64,000 nt of DNA, taken from positions 1 through 64,000 of the forward strand of contig JBDRHK010000015.1 in assembly GCA_043816965.1 (NCBI GenBank). Reading direction: 5' to 3'. The position numbers were made by a program, and so were the translations under genes. Shown here piece after piece: positions 20,636-31,553 of the stretch. Below the pieces are notes generated by a model that saw only the letters and a program-made list of their open reading frames with translations, did not search any database and had not been told where the DNA came from. Position 1 is the stretch's first letter. Every line of letters starts with the position of its first letter. This DNA comes from Candidatus Iainarchaeum sp. (GTDB lineage Archaea; Iainarchaeota; Iainarchaeia; Iainarchaeales; JAFCCJ01).

Positions 20636-21252
20636 TCAGAACTTTCCAGTTCCTTAATCCCTTTCTCAATCTCCGCCTTTAATTCCTCATATGTGTCGGT
20701 AATTGGAATCCCGTGCTTTTCTTTTATGATATTTTTGGGCGGCCTGAAGAAAACCCCCCTATCCGCCTCCTTCAAAAACGTAATATCGTTGTAACTGTCC
20801 CCGACCCCAATTATTTTAAAACCCATTTCATGGAATTTTTGAACGGCCTTCTTTTTCCCGTCCTGCTGCCTTAGGGAGTAACCAATCAATTCCCCGTTTC
20901 CATTAACCTCGATGTTGTTGCACAACAGCGGCGGATAGCCAAGCTGCGCAACCAATGGCATTGCAAACTCGTAAAATGAATCAGAAAGAATGATTGGAAC
21001 ACTCCTTTCCCTTAACCACTGGATGAAATCTTTCGCTCCCTCAAGAACACCCATTGAGCCAATCACTTCCTGTATCTCTTTCAGCCCAATGCCGTTCTCT
21101 TTCAGGATTCCAAGCCGCCATTTCATTAATTTATCATAATCTGGCTCATCCCTGGTTGTTTTCCTCAGGACCTCAATACCTGTTTTTTCAGCCACTCCAA
21201 TCCAAATCTCAGGGGTAAAAACACCCTCAAAATCAAGGCATACAAGAATCAT
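20632..21252 (-). CDS. thrH: Phosphoserine phosphatase / homoserine phosphotransferase (HAD)
   Basis: CLDFEGV..PEIW, TTRDEPDYD.LM, GDSYND. Confidence 0.88.
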   Translation of the reverse strand: MILVCLDFEGVFTPEIWIGVAEKTGIEVLRKTTRDEPDYDKLMKWRLGILKENGIGLKEIQEVIGSMGVLEGAKDFIQWLRERSVPIILSDSFYEFAMPLVAQLGYPPLLCNNIEVNGNGELIGYSLRQQDGKKKAVQKFHEMGFKIIGVGDSYNDITFLKEADRGVFFRPPKNIIKEKHGIPITDTYEELKAEIEKGIKELESSD

Positions 21253-21329
21253 CGCTTATTCACTTTAGTGATTGACTATAATTAGTTTTTTAATTGTATT
21301 AGTTAACGCCGTTATTTTTCCACCATCCC

Positions 21330-22358
21330 CTAATCCTTCGGCAAGTGGCTTTCAAGTAAATCTCTATTTAGATTAACGCTCGGGTACTTATACCTTGCTT
21401 CTTCTTCCAGGAGCTTTAAAATGACTGACAAGCCATAATTTGCGCTTTCAGCAGTTACCGATTTCTTAACCATGCTGCCCAGTTCTTTGGAATATCTGCT
21501 GATTAGTTCATCCCCCTCAGGTTTCCTGCCAACAGTTCTGGCGTCGCCCCTCCGATGCGTGAACCATTCAAAAGTATGTGGCATTGAAATCTGATTTTTC
21601 CCGTAAAACAGCCTAGATACCTCTACTTTGGCACCAGTCAGTTCTTTCAATTTATTCGCGAGAATATGGGATGACGGCACAGTTTTCCAACGTCGTGAAT
21701 AATCGCCTATAAATATATCGACGACCGTTATTTCTTTTGGAAATTCCCCTTTATTTTTAGGCAAAACGCGGTATTTTTTCAGTGCTGTTTGAAACTTTTC
21801 ATTTTGTGTTTTATCATCCTTGTTTCTATCGGCACTAAATGGCAGAAGGATTAGCCGGTTTTTCGCTTTTCCATTCTTTGCGCCCCTTGCAACTGCATTA
21901 GCCATTTGGTAACCAATTCTTGCCCCTACATCCATGAAAATTATTTTATCCGCCTCACTTTGGAGAAGCCCCCTAAAATAATTAACAATGCTGGCTGCAT
22001 CATAATGCGAAAATTTTTCAAAGAATCTTTTTCAGTTCAAGCTCAGATTTTCGGCCTCTAAACGCGCCATTAGTTCTCCTTCGTGCGCCCGATTTCTTCG
22101 CACGTTTCTATTAAATGCTTCAGTTTCAAGCTCCTCGAGCCTTTTGTTGAACAATCGTTCTCTGGAATTTATTAATCTTTTTACTAGGGCATGAAATTGC
22201 TTTTTCGGCATTGAATTTTTTCCTTTGAGAAGCCTTTCATCGGCGCGCATCATGGACAGGACTTGCTCACGCAATCTCCCCCGTTTTAAAGAGTTTTTTC
22301 TGGCCAGCACTTTTTGCAAAGGCACACTTTTTCTGGCCAGCACTTTTTTCAAATCCAC
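21330..22358 (-). pseudogene. Hypothetical gene with one in-frame TGA (22032-22034)
   Basis: ORFs 22032-22358 and 21330-21935 share a frame and the 32 codons between them are open. Confidence 0.6.
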
Positions 22359-22360
22359 AC

Positions 22361-23323
22361 CTACTTCTCAGGCTTCATAAACTGCGCCAGCAGCGCCTCT
22401 AATTGAATCCTCTCGTTCGCCCCTTCAACCAACCTAAAATTATACTCCCCAATTGTATCAATCAGGTCAATTTTCCTCTTGTCATCAATAACCGATTTAT
22501 CAAGGTTTACAAGTTCGCGGTACATCTGAACAATTATGTCCTCCCCACTCAGCCCATACTCGTAGAGCAATTTATCCAGCTTGTCCCTTGCCTCCATGAA
22601 TTTCTTCCCGAGCGCAAGTTCGATTAATTCCTTAACCTCTTCAGGCCTTGCGCGTGAGGAAACACTGTAAACAATTTTCTCAGAAATATCCTTGTCAAGT
22701 GTTGAAGCTGCCTGCAGTATATTCACGGCCTTCCTCATGTCCCCCTCTGAAACATAATTGATGGCAACCAATGCATCATTTGCAATTTTAATTCCCTCAA
22801 TTTTCGCTATCTTTTCCAGTCTTGCATCAACATCTTTAGATGAAAGCGGCCTGAACCTGAAAATCACGCACCTGGACTGAATAGGGTCAATTATTTTGCT
22901 GGAGTAATTCACATTCAGTATAAACCTGCAGGTTTTTGTGTATTTTTCCATAGTCCTTCTCATGGCCTGCTGGGCCTCAGGAGTTAAAGCATCTGCCTCA
23001 TCAAGGAAAATAATCTTGAATTTAGTGTTAAATGCAAGGGTCCTTGCAAAATCCTTGATATTTTTCCTTACAATCCCTATTCCCCTGTCGTCAGAGGCAT
23101 TCAATTCAAGGAAATTCTGCCCAAAATGCTCGCCAAAAAGTTCATTAGCAAGCGCAACAGCTGCAGATGTCTTTCCCACCCCTGCAGGGCCTGAAAACAT
23201 CATGTTCGGGACATTGCTGTTGGAAACATATCTGCTAAGCCTTTTAGTAATTTCTTCCTGGCCGATTACCTCATCCAAATTCTTTGGCCTGTATTTTTCA
23301 ACCCAAGGCAGCTCTAAATCCAT
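22361..23323 (-). CDS. rfcS: Replication factor C small subunit
   Basis: [33 protein letters not shown]; no intein. Confidence 0.97.
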   Translation of the reverse strand: MDLELPWVEKYRPKNLDEVIGQEEITKRLSRYVSNSNVPNMMFSGPAGVGKTSAAVALANELFGEHFGQNFLELNASDDRGIGIVRKNIKDFARTLAFNTKFKIIFLDEADALTPEAQQAMRRTMEKYTKTCRFILNVNYSSKIIDPIQSRCVIFRFRPLSSKDVDARLEKIAKIEGIKIANDALVAINYVSEGDMRKAVNILQAASTLDKDISEKIVYSVSSRARPEEVKELIELALGKKFMEARDKLDKLLYEYGLSGEDIIVQMYRELVNLDKSVIDDKRKIDLIDTIGEYNFRLVEGANERIQLEALLAQFMKPEK

Positions 23324-23394
23324 CTTCCCACCGAAAAAATCATTCCATCAAAACAGTTTTAAAGTAATAGATGTTATATTTTAGTGGTGTTGCA

Positions 23395-23751
23395 ATGGCC
23401 GAAATTAATACCGAAAAACCGGAAAAAGGGATTCAGATAGTTTCCCTTGAAAATGTGCCTGGCTACAGGACAGTGGAGATAAAGGGCCTGGTTTGGGCAA
23501 GCAGTGTAAGGGCCAAATTTATTCTCAGTGACATAATTGCGATGGTAAGGATTTTTCTTGGCGGGGAAATTCACGAGTACAGGGACCTCATGAATGAGAC
23601 AAGGCACGAAATCCTCCAGAGGCTGAACAAAAGCACAAAAGAACTGGGGGCAAATGCAGTCCTTAATGTGAGGATGGTTTCCTCACAGATAGTTCCCGGA
23701 ACAATTGAAATCCTCGCCTATGGAACCGCGGCAATAATTGAAAAAGAGTGA
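23395..23751 (+). CDS. YbjQ/UPF0145 family protein
   Basis: GGEI.EY..LM...R, LGANAV, EILAYGTA. Confidence 0.85.
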   Translation: MAEINTEKPEKGIQIVSLENVPGYRTVEIKGLVWASSVRAKFILSDIIAMVRIFLGGEIHEYRDLMNETRHEILQRLNKSTKELGANAVLNVRMVSSQIVPGTIEILAYGTAAIIEKE

Positions 23752-24284
23752 TTTTATTGGAATTTAACCGCCCACTTAAACTGTTAGCGCTTTTTGCAGT
23801 AAGTTACATACTGCTCTATTTCCTGCCGGCCTTGACCCAAATGATCGGAATTTTCCCCATGCATCCCTGGGGAGATTTAAGTGTCGGGCTTGGAAATCTG
23901 GATTACATGTTTTTCCTTATCCCAATTCCGGGGTTCTTCCTGATTTACCTCCTTATTGGCTGGATGGATGAATACTTCAATACTGAATTTGGCCATTCGC
24001 TATGGTTTCCGATAGTGTTTTTCCTGATGGCAGTACTTGCATTCTATGTTGCAATCTTCTGGCAGAACTGCAATTTGCTAACTCTTTCCCCGAGTGTAGG
24101 CGGGGAGGTGATACCCTTTACCGGTTGCAGTTCTGAAGCTGCCGGAAAGCTGCTCCCTGCACTGACTGCGCAATTTGCCGAAAACCTTAAGGAATCAGCA
24201 TTCCTCATATTTGTCCTTGCCGGAATTCTTGGCTGGGCGTCAAAAATGGTACTTGAGAAAATTGAGGAAGAGCCAGAGGATTAA
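23748..24284 (+). CDS. Hypothetical membrane protein
   Basis: About four hydrophobic helices; overlaps upstream stop. Confidence 0.6.
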   Translation: MILLEFNRPLKLLALFAVSYILLYFLPALTQMIGIFPMHPWGDLSVGLGNLDYMFFLIPIPGFFLIYLLIGWMDEYFNTEFGHSLWFPIVFFLMAVLAFYVAIFWQNCNLLTLSPSVGGEVIPFTGCSSEAAGKLLPALTAQFAENLKESAFLIFVLAGILGWASKMVLEKIEEEPED

Positions 24285-24322
24285 TTTATAACCCTCATGC
24301 AGCCAGATTTTTTGGGTAAAAT

Positions 24323-25567
24323 ATGAAATTCCATGTAGAGGGCTATGGCTGCTCACTTAACAGGTCTGATACCGAAAAGATACGCCATTTCCTGTCCAAG
24401 CACAACTGCACAATTTACCCACTTGATAAGGCTGAAACAATAATAATCAACACCTGTGCGGTGAAGGAACCTACCGAATTCAAGATGCTGAACCGCATAA
24501 GGGAACTGAAGAAAATAAGCGATTCAAATAATGCCGAACTTATTGTGTTTGGCTGCCTTGCAGGAATGAATGCCGCAAAGGTGATGGAAATATCGAAGGA
24601 TATTATCCTAATTCCCCCAAGCCTGGAAGAGCTCGCCAGGCATTTAGGCATTGAAGAAACTGAATTCTCGCCTGCAATTGAAAGCATAAGGGAGAATGAA
24701 TTTGTTGCAATAATCCCCATCTCAAGAGGCTGCAGAAACAACTGCAGCTACTGCGGCGTAAAACAGGTCAGGGGAGAACTAAAAAGTTACGGGATAAAAG
24801 AACTTAAGGAGAATTTCACAAAGGAAATTGCAAGGCCTTGCGAGGTCTGGCTTACCGCGCAGGACACCGCAGACTATGGCTTTGATTTGGGAAATTCCCT
24901 TCCTGAATTGCTGGGGCAATTGCTGGAGATTGAGGGAAACTATATGATAAGGATTGGGATGATGAATCCCAAAAATTTGATGCGGATTAAGGACGAGCTG
25001 ATTCCGCTGATGCAGGATGAAAGGGTTTACAAATTCCTCCATATTCCTGTGCAGTCAGGCTCTGACAGGATTCTGAAAGCAATGAAAAGGAATTACATTG
25101 CCGCAGAATTCCTTTCCCTGGCAAAAGAACTCAAGGAAAAAATCCCCGGGCTGAATATTTCGACAGATGTAATCGTTGGCTTTCCCGGGGAAAGCAAAGA
25201 TGATTTCAAAAAATCCGTCGAATTGCTGAAAGAGTTAAAGCCAGGGGTTGTCAACATTTCCCGATATGGGGACAGGCCAAATACTGCTGCGGAAAAGATG
25301 GATGGAAAGATACATGGAAGGGATAAGAAGGCAAGGAGCAGGGAACTTTCCTCCCTTTGCAGGGAGATTTTTCTTGGCGAAAATAAGGCGATGGAGGGAA
25401 AAACCCTTAAAATTTTTGTTTCAGAGAAGGGCCCAAAGGGCGGTTTTGTGGGCAGAAACCTTTCCTACAAGCCGGTTGTAATAGGGAAGGATTTGATGGG
25501 TAAAATGGCAAAAGTGAAGATTTTAAGGGCCCATCCATTTTATCTGGAAGCAATGGCTGAGCTATAA
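24323..25567 (+). CDS. tRNA methylthiotransferase (MiaB/MtaB-like radical SAM with TRAM domain)
   Basis: YGCSLN, INTCAV, CRNNCSYC, HIPVQSGSD, IVGFPGE. Confidence 0.92.
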   Translation: MKFHVEGYGCSLNRSDTEKIRHFLSKHNCTIYPLDKAETIIINTCAVKEPTEFKMLNRIRELKKISDSNNAELIVFGCLAGMNAAKVMEISKDIILIPPSLEELARHLGIEETEFSPAIESIRENEFVAIIPISRGCRNNCSYCGVKQVRGELKSYGIKELKENFTKEIARPCEVWLTAQDTADYGFDLGNSLPELLGQLLEIEGNYMIRIGMMNPKNLMRIKDELIPLMQDERVYKFLHIPVQSGSDRILKAMKRNYIAAEFLSLAKELKEKIPGLNISTDVIVGFPGESKDDFKKSVELLKELKPGVVNISRYGDRPNTAAEKMDGKIHGRDKKARSRELSSLCREIFLGENKAMEGKTLKIFVSEKGPKGGFVGRNLSYKPVVIGKDLMGKMAKVKILRAHPFYLEAMAEL

Positions 25568-25608
25568 ATATTTAATCACTTCCCAATTCAATAATTCAGT
25601 GGTTGGGA

Positions 25609-26376
25609 ATGGTTTTTAGGGAATCTTTGAAGCAATATGTGCAGAACTACAAGACTGCTTTGGGCTTTGCCCTCCTGCTTGTTTTTGTGCTTTTCTTTGT
25701 CCTATCCCAGAATTTCTTTGTTTCATCAGGGTCAATCTTCGCCGATTTCAACATTATCAAGAGCGGAGCAATCGATGCAGTGCTTGCCCTGCTTGCCATT
25801 GCGGTCTTTGAGTTTTTCTATGCGATACTTATTACCCTTGTTGTTTTTGCGGTCAGGAATAACATGAGCAAAGTGAGGGTACAGTATTATCTTTCTGAGA
25901 AAATACAGAAATTCTCCTTCAAACTGTTTATTTTCTTCTTTGCATTTACCCTTGCGGCCCTTGCCCTCCAGTCATTTCTCCCCCTAGTGGGAATACCCAT
26001 CGCGGCCGTTAATCTGCTTTTACTTATTGCATCACTTCTATTAATCTTCTTCCCTCAGGCAGTGGTCATTGACGAATCAGGAATAAGAAGCTCAATAATT
26101 GCAAGTGCGGAATTTCTCATGTCCCACCTTAAGGAATCTGCCCAAATAATTATTGCCGGGGCGCTAATGCTCATTGCATTGGGGATTTTTGAGTTTGCCC
26201 TTGACCAGTTTTTTTTTGCGGGAAATTTCATCACACCCCTGATTTCACTGGTGTTCATAATCCCCTTCCTGGAAATAGTAAAATCGGTTATTTACCTGCA
26301 CAAATTTGAGTTGGTTAAATCCGTTAACAGGGAAATAAAACCAAAAGCGGCACCGGCATCAGTCAATGCCAACTAG
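25609..26376 (+). CDS. Hypothetical membrane protein
   Basis: About six TM helices. Confidence 0.65.
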   Translation: MVFRESLKQYVQNYKTALGFALLLVFVLFFVLSQNFFVSSGSIFADFNIIKSGAIDAVLALLAIAVFEFFYAILITLVVFAVRNNMSKVRVQYYLSEKIQKFSFKLFIFFFAFTLAALALQSFLPLVGIPIAAVNLLLLIASLLLIFFPQAVVIDESGIRSSIIASAEFLMSHLKESAQIIIAGALMLIALGIFEFALDQFFFAGNFITPLISLVFIIPFLEIVKSVIYLHKFELVKSVNREIKPKAAPASVNAN

Positions 26377-27960
26377 GTCTGTTCCACTGTCGATAATTTT
26401 TCCGGCATCTTTCAAATTTCCGGCCCTGGCCAGGCTGAAACATCCCCCACAATCTCCACAGCCCCATCTCTCTGATTCCATCCCGGTTTTTTTAAGGGCT
26501 TCCCCGTTAACTTTCCCAAATCTTCTAATGCCCCCAACATCGCCGAACATGTTGGTATGCATGCCGTTTTTAGAATGCACTAAATCAACAAGCTTCTGGC
26601 GCAGTTCCCTGCAGGATGTTTTCTTTTCCGAAAACTTTTTCAGCGCAAATTCCATGCCATAAAACCCAACAAATGAAACAAGCTCCTTTGCTTCAATTCC
26701 TGCTGAAGGAAGGTAATCCCTCCTGGCGAGATTTTCCTCCTTAATCTTAACAAGCCCGCCAATTCCCTCAATCACTTTGGCGGCATTTTGCAGGAATTCC
26801 GGTTTATCCTGTGAATTTTCCGCAATCTTAATCAGATTGACCCCACAATTAAGCAGCACCCCTGAAGCATTCTCCAGAACAAAGCCATTGCAGTTTCTTG
26901 TCCGGTCCTTTTTCGCATTCAGAAGGCTTACTCCTGATAATTTGATGTCCCCATCAATCAGCTTGGTTTTGAATTTACTGTCGACAGAAAGGCATGCCTG
27001 GAGAAATGGATTTTTATTCGCACGCAAAAATTCATTTGCAAAGAAAAACGCATCCTCTCTTGAGGAATTAAAGTCCAGGAGATGGTCGGGAATAAATAGG
27101 CCAAGATTGATGGTTGCGGGGGAATTTCCCGAATAGGAGGAGTCCAGCAATTTGGAGAAAAGCCTGACAATCCTTTCCTTATTTTTCCTGCTTTTTCCGG
27201 AAAGGAATTTTGATAAATATATATTTGGGGATGCGATAGACGGCGCGAATGAAAGCACCGGTTCAAGCTTATTGATTTTCGCATTCAGCCCTATAAGCAT
27301 TTCCTCAAAGCCATCCTCATTTTCAGGCTCAATGCAATATGCCAAAGGCCTTGTTGAAAAATCAGCCACATTTGAGATATGGATTACTGACTCAAAGTGC
27401 AGGGCCCTCATATCTTCAGGAATCACCTCAAGAAAATTGTACTCCCTCAGTATTTCCCTCTCGTTTGTGAGCTTGCCAATCCTGTTTTTCACATCATGCA
27501 CTGGCAGGCCAAGGCGGGTATACTGCCTGTGCGCAATCTCATGCCCATACTCCAGAAGCTTAACATCAGCCATCTCCCTTATGAGTGAGGTGGTAATAAA
27601 GCCAATGCTTAGGTCCTTTATTTTGTCCTCAACCTCAGAACTTATTTTCTCAGCAACAGTTCTTGAAAGGCTTGTTTCCCGAAGAAGGGATTTGGTTATG
27701 TTTCCCCTGTCAAATGCCTCCTTACTCTCCCCTGAAGTGTAAACCTGGAGCCGTTCAAAAGAGCTATAGACCTTTGCAGCTTCAGGATTCAGTTCCCACA
27801 ATATCTCGAGAGCCAGTTTCCTGAGTTCTTTCTCCCCGCCCCCAATGCCTGAAATCTCCTTGATAACCTTCATTGCCTCGAATTTAGTTGCACCAGCCTC
27901 CCGGCATTCATTGGCAATCTTACCTATAGTTTCCTTTACTGGCTTTGATTTTACTTTCAT
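26359..27960 (-). CDS. ATP-cone protein related to a degenerate class III ribonucleotide reductase
   Basis: FDRGNITKSLLRET, LIREM..VKLLEYG, YTRLGLPVHDV, H...IHI motifs as in archaeal NrdD N-terminus; no glycyl-radical motif. Confidence 0.6.
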   Translation of the reverse strand: MKVKSKPVKETIGKIANECREAGATKFEAMKVIKEISGIGGGEKELRKLALEILWELNPEAAKVYSSFERLQVYTSGESKEAFDRGNITKSLLRETSLSRTVAEKISSEVEDKIKDLSIGFITTSLIREMADVKLLEYGHEIAHRQYTRLGLPVHDVKNRIGKLTNEREILREYNFLEVIPEDMRALHFESVIHISNVADFSTRPLAYCIEPENEDGFEEMLIGLNAKINKLEPVLSFAPSIASPNIYLSKFLSGKSRKNKERIVRLFSKLLDSSYSGNSPATINLGLFIPDHLLDFNSSREDAFFFANEFLRANKNPFLQACLSVDSKFKTKLIDGDIKLSGVSLLNAKKDRTRNCNGFVLENASGVLLNCGVNLIKIAENSQDKPEFLQNAAKVIEGIGGLVKIKEENLARRDYLPSAGIEAKELVSFVGFYGMEFALKKFSEKKTSCRELRQKLVDLVHSKNGMHTNMFGDVGGIRRFGKVNGEALKKTGMESERWGCGDCGGCFSLARAGNLKDAGKIIDSGTDLVGID

Positions 27961-28070
27961 TTATTTAACTGTATTTGCAACAATTCTTAACTATTGCCAG
28001 GCAAAAGTGGATTTTCTTTGAAAAGCAAACTTTTTATTTGTTTTCGCTTAGAATTACTAATGGTGCTAAT

Positions 28071-28544
28071 TTGGAAATAACCCTTGATAAGACCGACCAT
28101 AAGATTATTCAGTGCCTTCTTGAGGATGGGCGCATGAGTTTCAGCAGCATAGCAAAAGACGTCCAGCTTACCGATGTTGCAATAAAGAAAAGGGTTGAAA
28201 GGCTTAAGAGAAAGGGCGTGATAAATTCAATAACTGCCGATTTGAACCTCAAGGTTTTGGGCTATGAAAATCCGATTTTTGTGCAAATCCGCTCCGAAAT
28301 GGGCAAGACAAAAAATTTGGTTAAGAGGCTTTCTGATTTTGATTATGTGATAGAACTCTACCAAATTCTGGGCGAGTATAATCTCCTTGCGAAGTTAGTG
28401 CTTCCGGACATTGATTCTGCCGAGAAATTCATTAACCAGCTTGGGGTTTTGGATGGGATTCTTGACATAAAAACCCAGATGATTCTTAGCGAACTGAAGA
28501 AAAGCAATTCTCTCCCCATATTCTCCTTCCAGAAAAAACTTTGA
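28071..28544 (+). CDS. Lrp/AsnC family regulator
   Basis: LDKTD.KII..L.EDGRMSF..IA...V..RVERL..KGVI. Confidence 0.9.
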   Translation: MEITLDKTDHKIIQCLLEDGRMSFSSIAKDVQLTDVAIKKRVERLKRKGVINSITADLNLKVLGYENPIFVQIRSEMGKTKNLVKRLSDFDYVIELYQILGEYNLLAKLVLPDIDSAEKFINQLGVLDGILDIKTQMILSELKKSNSLPIFSFQKKL

Positions 28545-28639
28545 TTTCAATTACGCTTATGGCGCCCTGTATTTTTATGCTTTTTGATGTAAGAAAATCT
28601 AATGTTGATTTGTTGATGGGTTTTTGTTGGTGAGCTGAC

Positions 28640-30781
28640 TTGAGAATAATAATCGCAGAAAAGGCAATAGCAGGAAGGAGAATTGCGTCAATTCTGGCGG
28701 GAAAAGATGTCCCATCCACCATGCTGGGCAATGCACAGGTTTTCAGTTTTGGGTCTGGTGAGGGCAAAAATATGGTAATTCCCCTGCGCGGCCATATATC
28801 TGATGTTGAATTCCCAAAGCAGTACAGCTACTGGTTAGGCACTGATTTGAAAAAACTGGTTGATGCAGATATAGAGTACATTGGCAAGGAAGTGGCAATA
28901 ATTTCGGCGCTCAAAGCGGCGGCCAAGGATGCAGACAGTGTTGTAATCGCTACTGATGCCGATAGGGAAGGGGAAGCTATTGGTGTTGAGGCACTGAATT
29001 ATATGAAAGAGACAAATCCGAAAATCAAGGTTGAGAGGGCATATTTTTCTGCAATAACCCCTAAAGACATTGAAGTTGCGTTTTCCAAATTTTCAAAGGT
29101 TGATTATAATTATGCAGATTCCGCAGATTCAAGGAGGGAAATTGACCTCATCTGGGGTGCTGTTCTAACAAGGTTCCTTTCGCTCATTTCAGGGAGGTTA
29201 GGGAAAGAATTCCTTTCGGCAGGAAGGGTTCAGACACCGACACTTGCAATAATAGTTGACAGGGAGAATGAAAGAAGGGCATTCAAATCAAAAAAATACT
29301 GGGATCTGAATGCGGAGTTTGAAAAGGATTCCAAAAAATTCGAGGCCCAGCATAAGGAAGGGAAGTTTTGGGATAAGGAAAAGGCTGAAAAGGCATTTGA
29401 GAAAGGCGGGAAGAAAGGAAAGGTCATAAATGCCATAAAGAAGAAAAGGATACTGCAAAGGCCAATCCCCTTTAACACAACAGGCTTTCTTCGTGCGGCA
29501 ACGGCTATCGGCTACACCGCAGGAGAGGCAATGAGTATAGCGGAATCCCTGTACCAGTCAGGCTATACCTCATATCCAAGAACAGACAACAGCGTCTATT
29601 CCCCCACGCTAGACCTGAGAGAAATACTCAATGAACTTTCCAAAATTCCTGAATTTTCACTGATGACTGGGAAACTCCTCGCAATGCCAAAGTTTGACCC
29701 ATCAAAAGGAAAGGAATCCAAGGATCATCCACCCATACACCCGGTTACCGCCGCACCAAAAGCAAAGATCAGTGAAAAGCAGTGGAAAATCTATGAGCTC
29801 ATATGCAGGAGGTTTTTCGCTACCTTATGGGAGGAGGCTATAACAAACAATGTTACTGTTGAAATTGACCTGAATTCAGAGATTTACCTTGCCCATGGCC
29901 AGGTGCTGGAGAAAGCCGGCTGGAAAGAATTTTATCCCTACTCCACCTTGAAAGAGGTTCATCTCCCTGAGATGGAGAAGGGCGATGAAGTTGACCTTGT
30001 AAAACTTTCAATGGATGGGAAGGAAACCCAGCCGCCAAACCGCTACAGCCAGGCAACGCTCATAAAGTTGATGGAGGATAATGGCTTGGGGACTAAATCA
30101 ACGCGGCATACAATAATCCAGAAGCTTTTTGTGAGGCATTACATCTCCGGCCTTAAGGCAATTGAGCCAAATGAAATTGCCTTCTCAGTGATAGGGGCGC
30201 TGGAGAAGTATTCTGAGGATCTTGCAAAACCAGAGATGACAGCCAAACTCGAAAAGGAAATGGATGAAATTTCTGCCGGAAAGAAAACCAGAAAAGAAGT
30301 TGTTACAGATTCAAGGGAAATGCTGAAAAGGATGCTCCTTGAGCTCCTGGAAAATAAGGACAAAATAGGGGCTGATTTAAGGAAGGCCCTTCAGGCAGAT
30401 TCAATTCTGGCTAAGTGTGATGTGTGTGAAGGGGATTTGAGAAAGATAAAGAGCAGAAACAACAAGTGGTTTTTGGGCTGTACCAATTACCCAAAATGCA
30501 CAAACACATATCCCCTTCCCCAAAAAGGAAGAATCATTACTGCGACTGAACTCTGCAAGACCTGCGGCAAAGGGGCAATAAAGGTTTTTGGAAAACGCTA
30601 TCGCTATGAAATGTGCATTGACCCAAATTGCGCAAGCAAAAAGGACTGGGCAAAAAAGAAGGAAGAGAAGGAACAAAAAGAGAAAGAAAAGAAAGATGCA
30701 GAGGAAAGTGCCGCAAAGGAAACCAAGAAATCAGCTGCAAAAGAAAAGAAGCCCAAGAAAGCTGCAGCGAAGAAAGATTAA
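28640..30781 (+). CDS. topA: DNA topoisomerase IA
   Basis: IIAEK, ATDADREGE, SAGRVQTP, SYPRTD, GLGTKSTR, Zn ribbons, Lys-rich tail. Confidence 0.97.
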   Translation: MRIIIAEKAIAGRRIASILAGKDVPSTMLGNAQVFSFGSGEGKNMVIPLRGHISDVEFPKQYSYWLGTDLKKLVDADIEYIGKEVAIISALKAAAKDADSVVIATDADREGEAIGVEALNYMKETNPKIKVERAYFSAITPKDIEVAFSKFSKVDYNYADSADSRREIDLIWGAVLTRFLSLISGRLGKEFLSAGRVQTPTLAIIVDRENERRAFKSKKYWDLNAEFEKDSKKFEAQHKEGKFWDKEKAEKAFEKGGKKGKVINAIKKKRILQRPIPFNTTGFLRAATAIGYTAGEAMSIAESLYQSGYTSYPRTDNSVYSPTLDLREILNELSKIPEFSLMTGKLLAMPKFDPSKGKESKDHPPIHPVTAAPKAKISEKQWKIYELICRRFFATLWEEAITNNVTVEIDLNSEIYLAHGQVLEKAGWKEFYPYSTLKEVHLPEMEKGDEVDLVKLSMDGKETQPPNRYSQATLIKLMEDNGLGTKSTRHTIIQKLFVRHYISGLKAIEPNEIAFSVIGALEKYSEDLAKPEMTAKLEKEMDEISAGKKTRKEVVTDSREMLKRMLLELLENKDKIGADLRKALQADSILAKCDVCEGDLRKIKSRNNKWFLGCTNYPKCTNTYPLPQKGRIITATELCKTCGKGAIKVFGKRYRYEMCIDPNCASKKDWAKKKEEKEQKEKEKKDAEESAAKETKKSAAKEKKPKKAAAKKD

Positions 30782-30786
30782 AAGTT

Positions 30787-30870
30787 AGGGAACGGGGTTC
30801 AAAATAAACCAATTAGCTTGGTGAGCCTAACCCCGTCCCTTGGTTTTTATTTTTTTGATTTTTTTTACTT
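30787..30870 (+). terminator. Stem-loop and T tracts after topA
   Basis: AGGGAACGGGGTT...AACCCCGTCCCT followed by several T runs. Confidence 0.5.
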
Positions 30871-30947
30871 TTTAGGATTGGATCCCCCCAATTTCTTGTA
30901 CGATATAATTACTGCTTATCCACCTTAAAAGTATTTAGTAGTTTTAG

Positions 30948-31553
30948 TTGTACAAAAAAGTACATTTAATTGCCTTTCGTTATACAATATGTTATAATTT
31001 ACAGGTGGTAATTATAGCATCCAATAAACAAATAGATGACGAGATAAGGCTGAATATCCTTAATGCCCTGCTAGGGAAGGGGACAGTGCAGCCAAACATA
31101 AGGCGGCTGCAAAAAATCACCGGCTACCACAAAGCAACGATAAAGGCAAGCCTTGATTTTCTGGAAAAAGAAGGGGTTCTTGAAGGCTATGGCCCAAAGG
31201 TTGGCTTTAAAAAATTCGGCTACAACCTTGAGGCAAAGGTAATGCTGCAGATTGACAGTTCAGAAAAGGACATATTCAAAAAATTCCTGAAGCAGGCAGA
31301 GGGTGATCCCCACCTCTACAGGATGACGGCAATAATTGGGTCAGGCAACCTGAACATTATGACCAACCACATCTATCCTGATGTGGAATCCTACCACAAA
31401 AATGTTCAGGAAAGATATTATGAGTCCATTCCTGGAATTTACAAGCTGATAAAGGATCGGCAAATATTTTATGCCACCGAACCTTATTACAAAAACGTTT
31501 CAAGGACAAGTTCAGTGATAGAGCTTATAAGGAAGGAAAAGGGATTCACGTGA
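30948..31553 (+). CDS. Lrp/AsnC-like regulator (true start probably further downstream)
   Basis: HTH with LEKEGVLEGY.P.V...K.GY. Confidence 0.7.
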   Translation: MYKKVHLIAFRYTICYNLQVVIIASNKQIDDEIRLNILNALLGKGTVQPNIRRLQKITGYHKATIKASLDFLEKEGVLEGYGPKVGFKKFGYNLEAKVMLQIDSSEKDIFKKFLKQAEGDPHLYRMTAIIGSGNLNIMTNHIYPDVESYHKNVQERYYESIPGIYKLIKDRQIFYATEPYYKNVSRTSSVIELIRKEKGFT

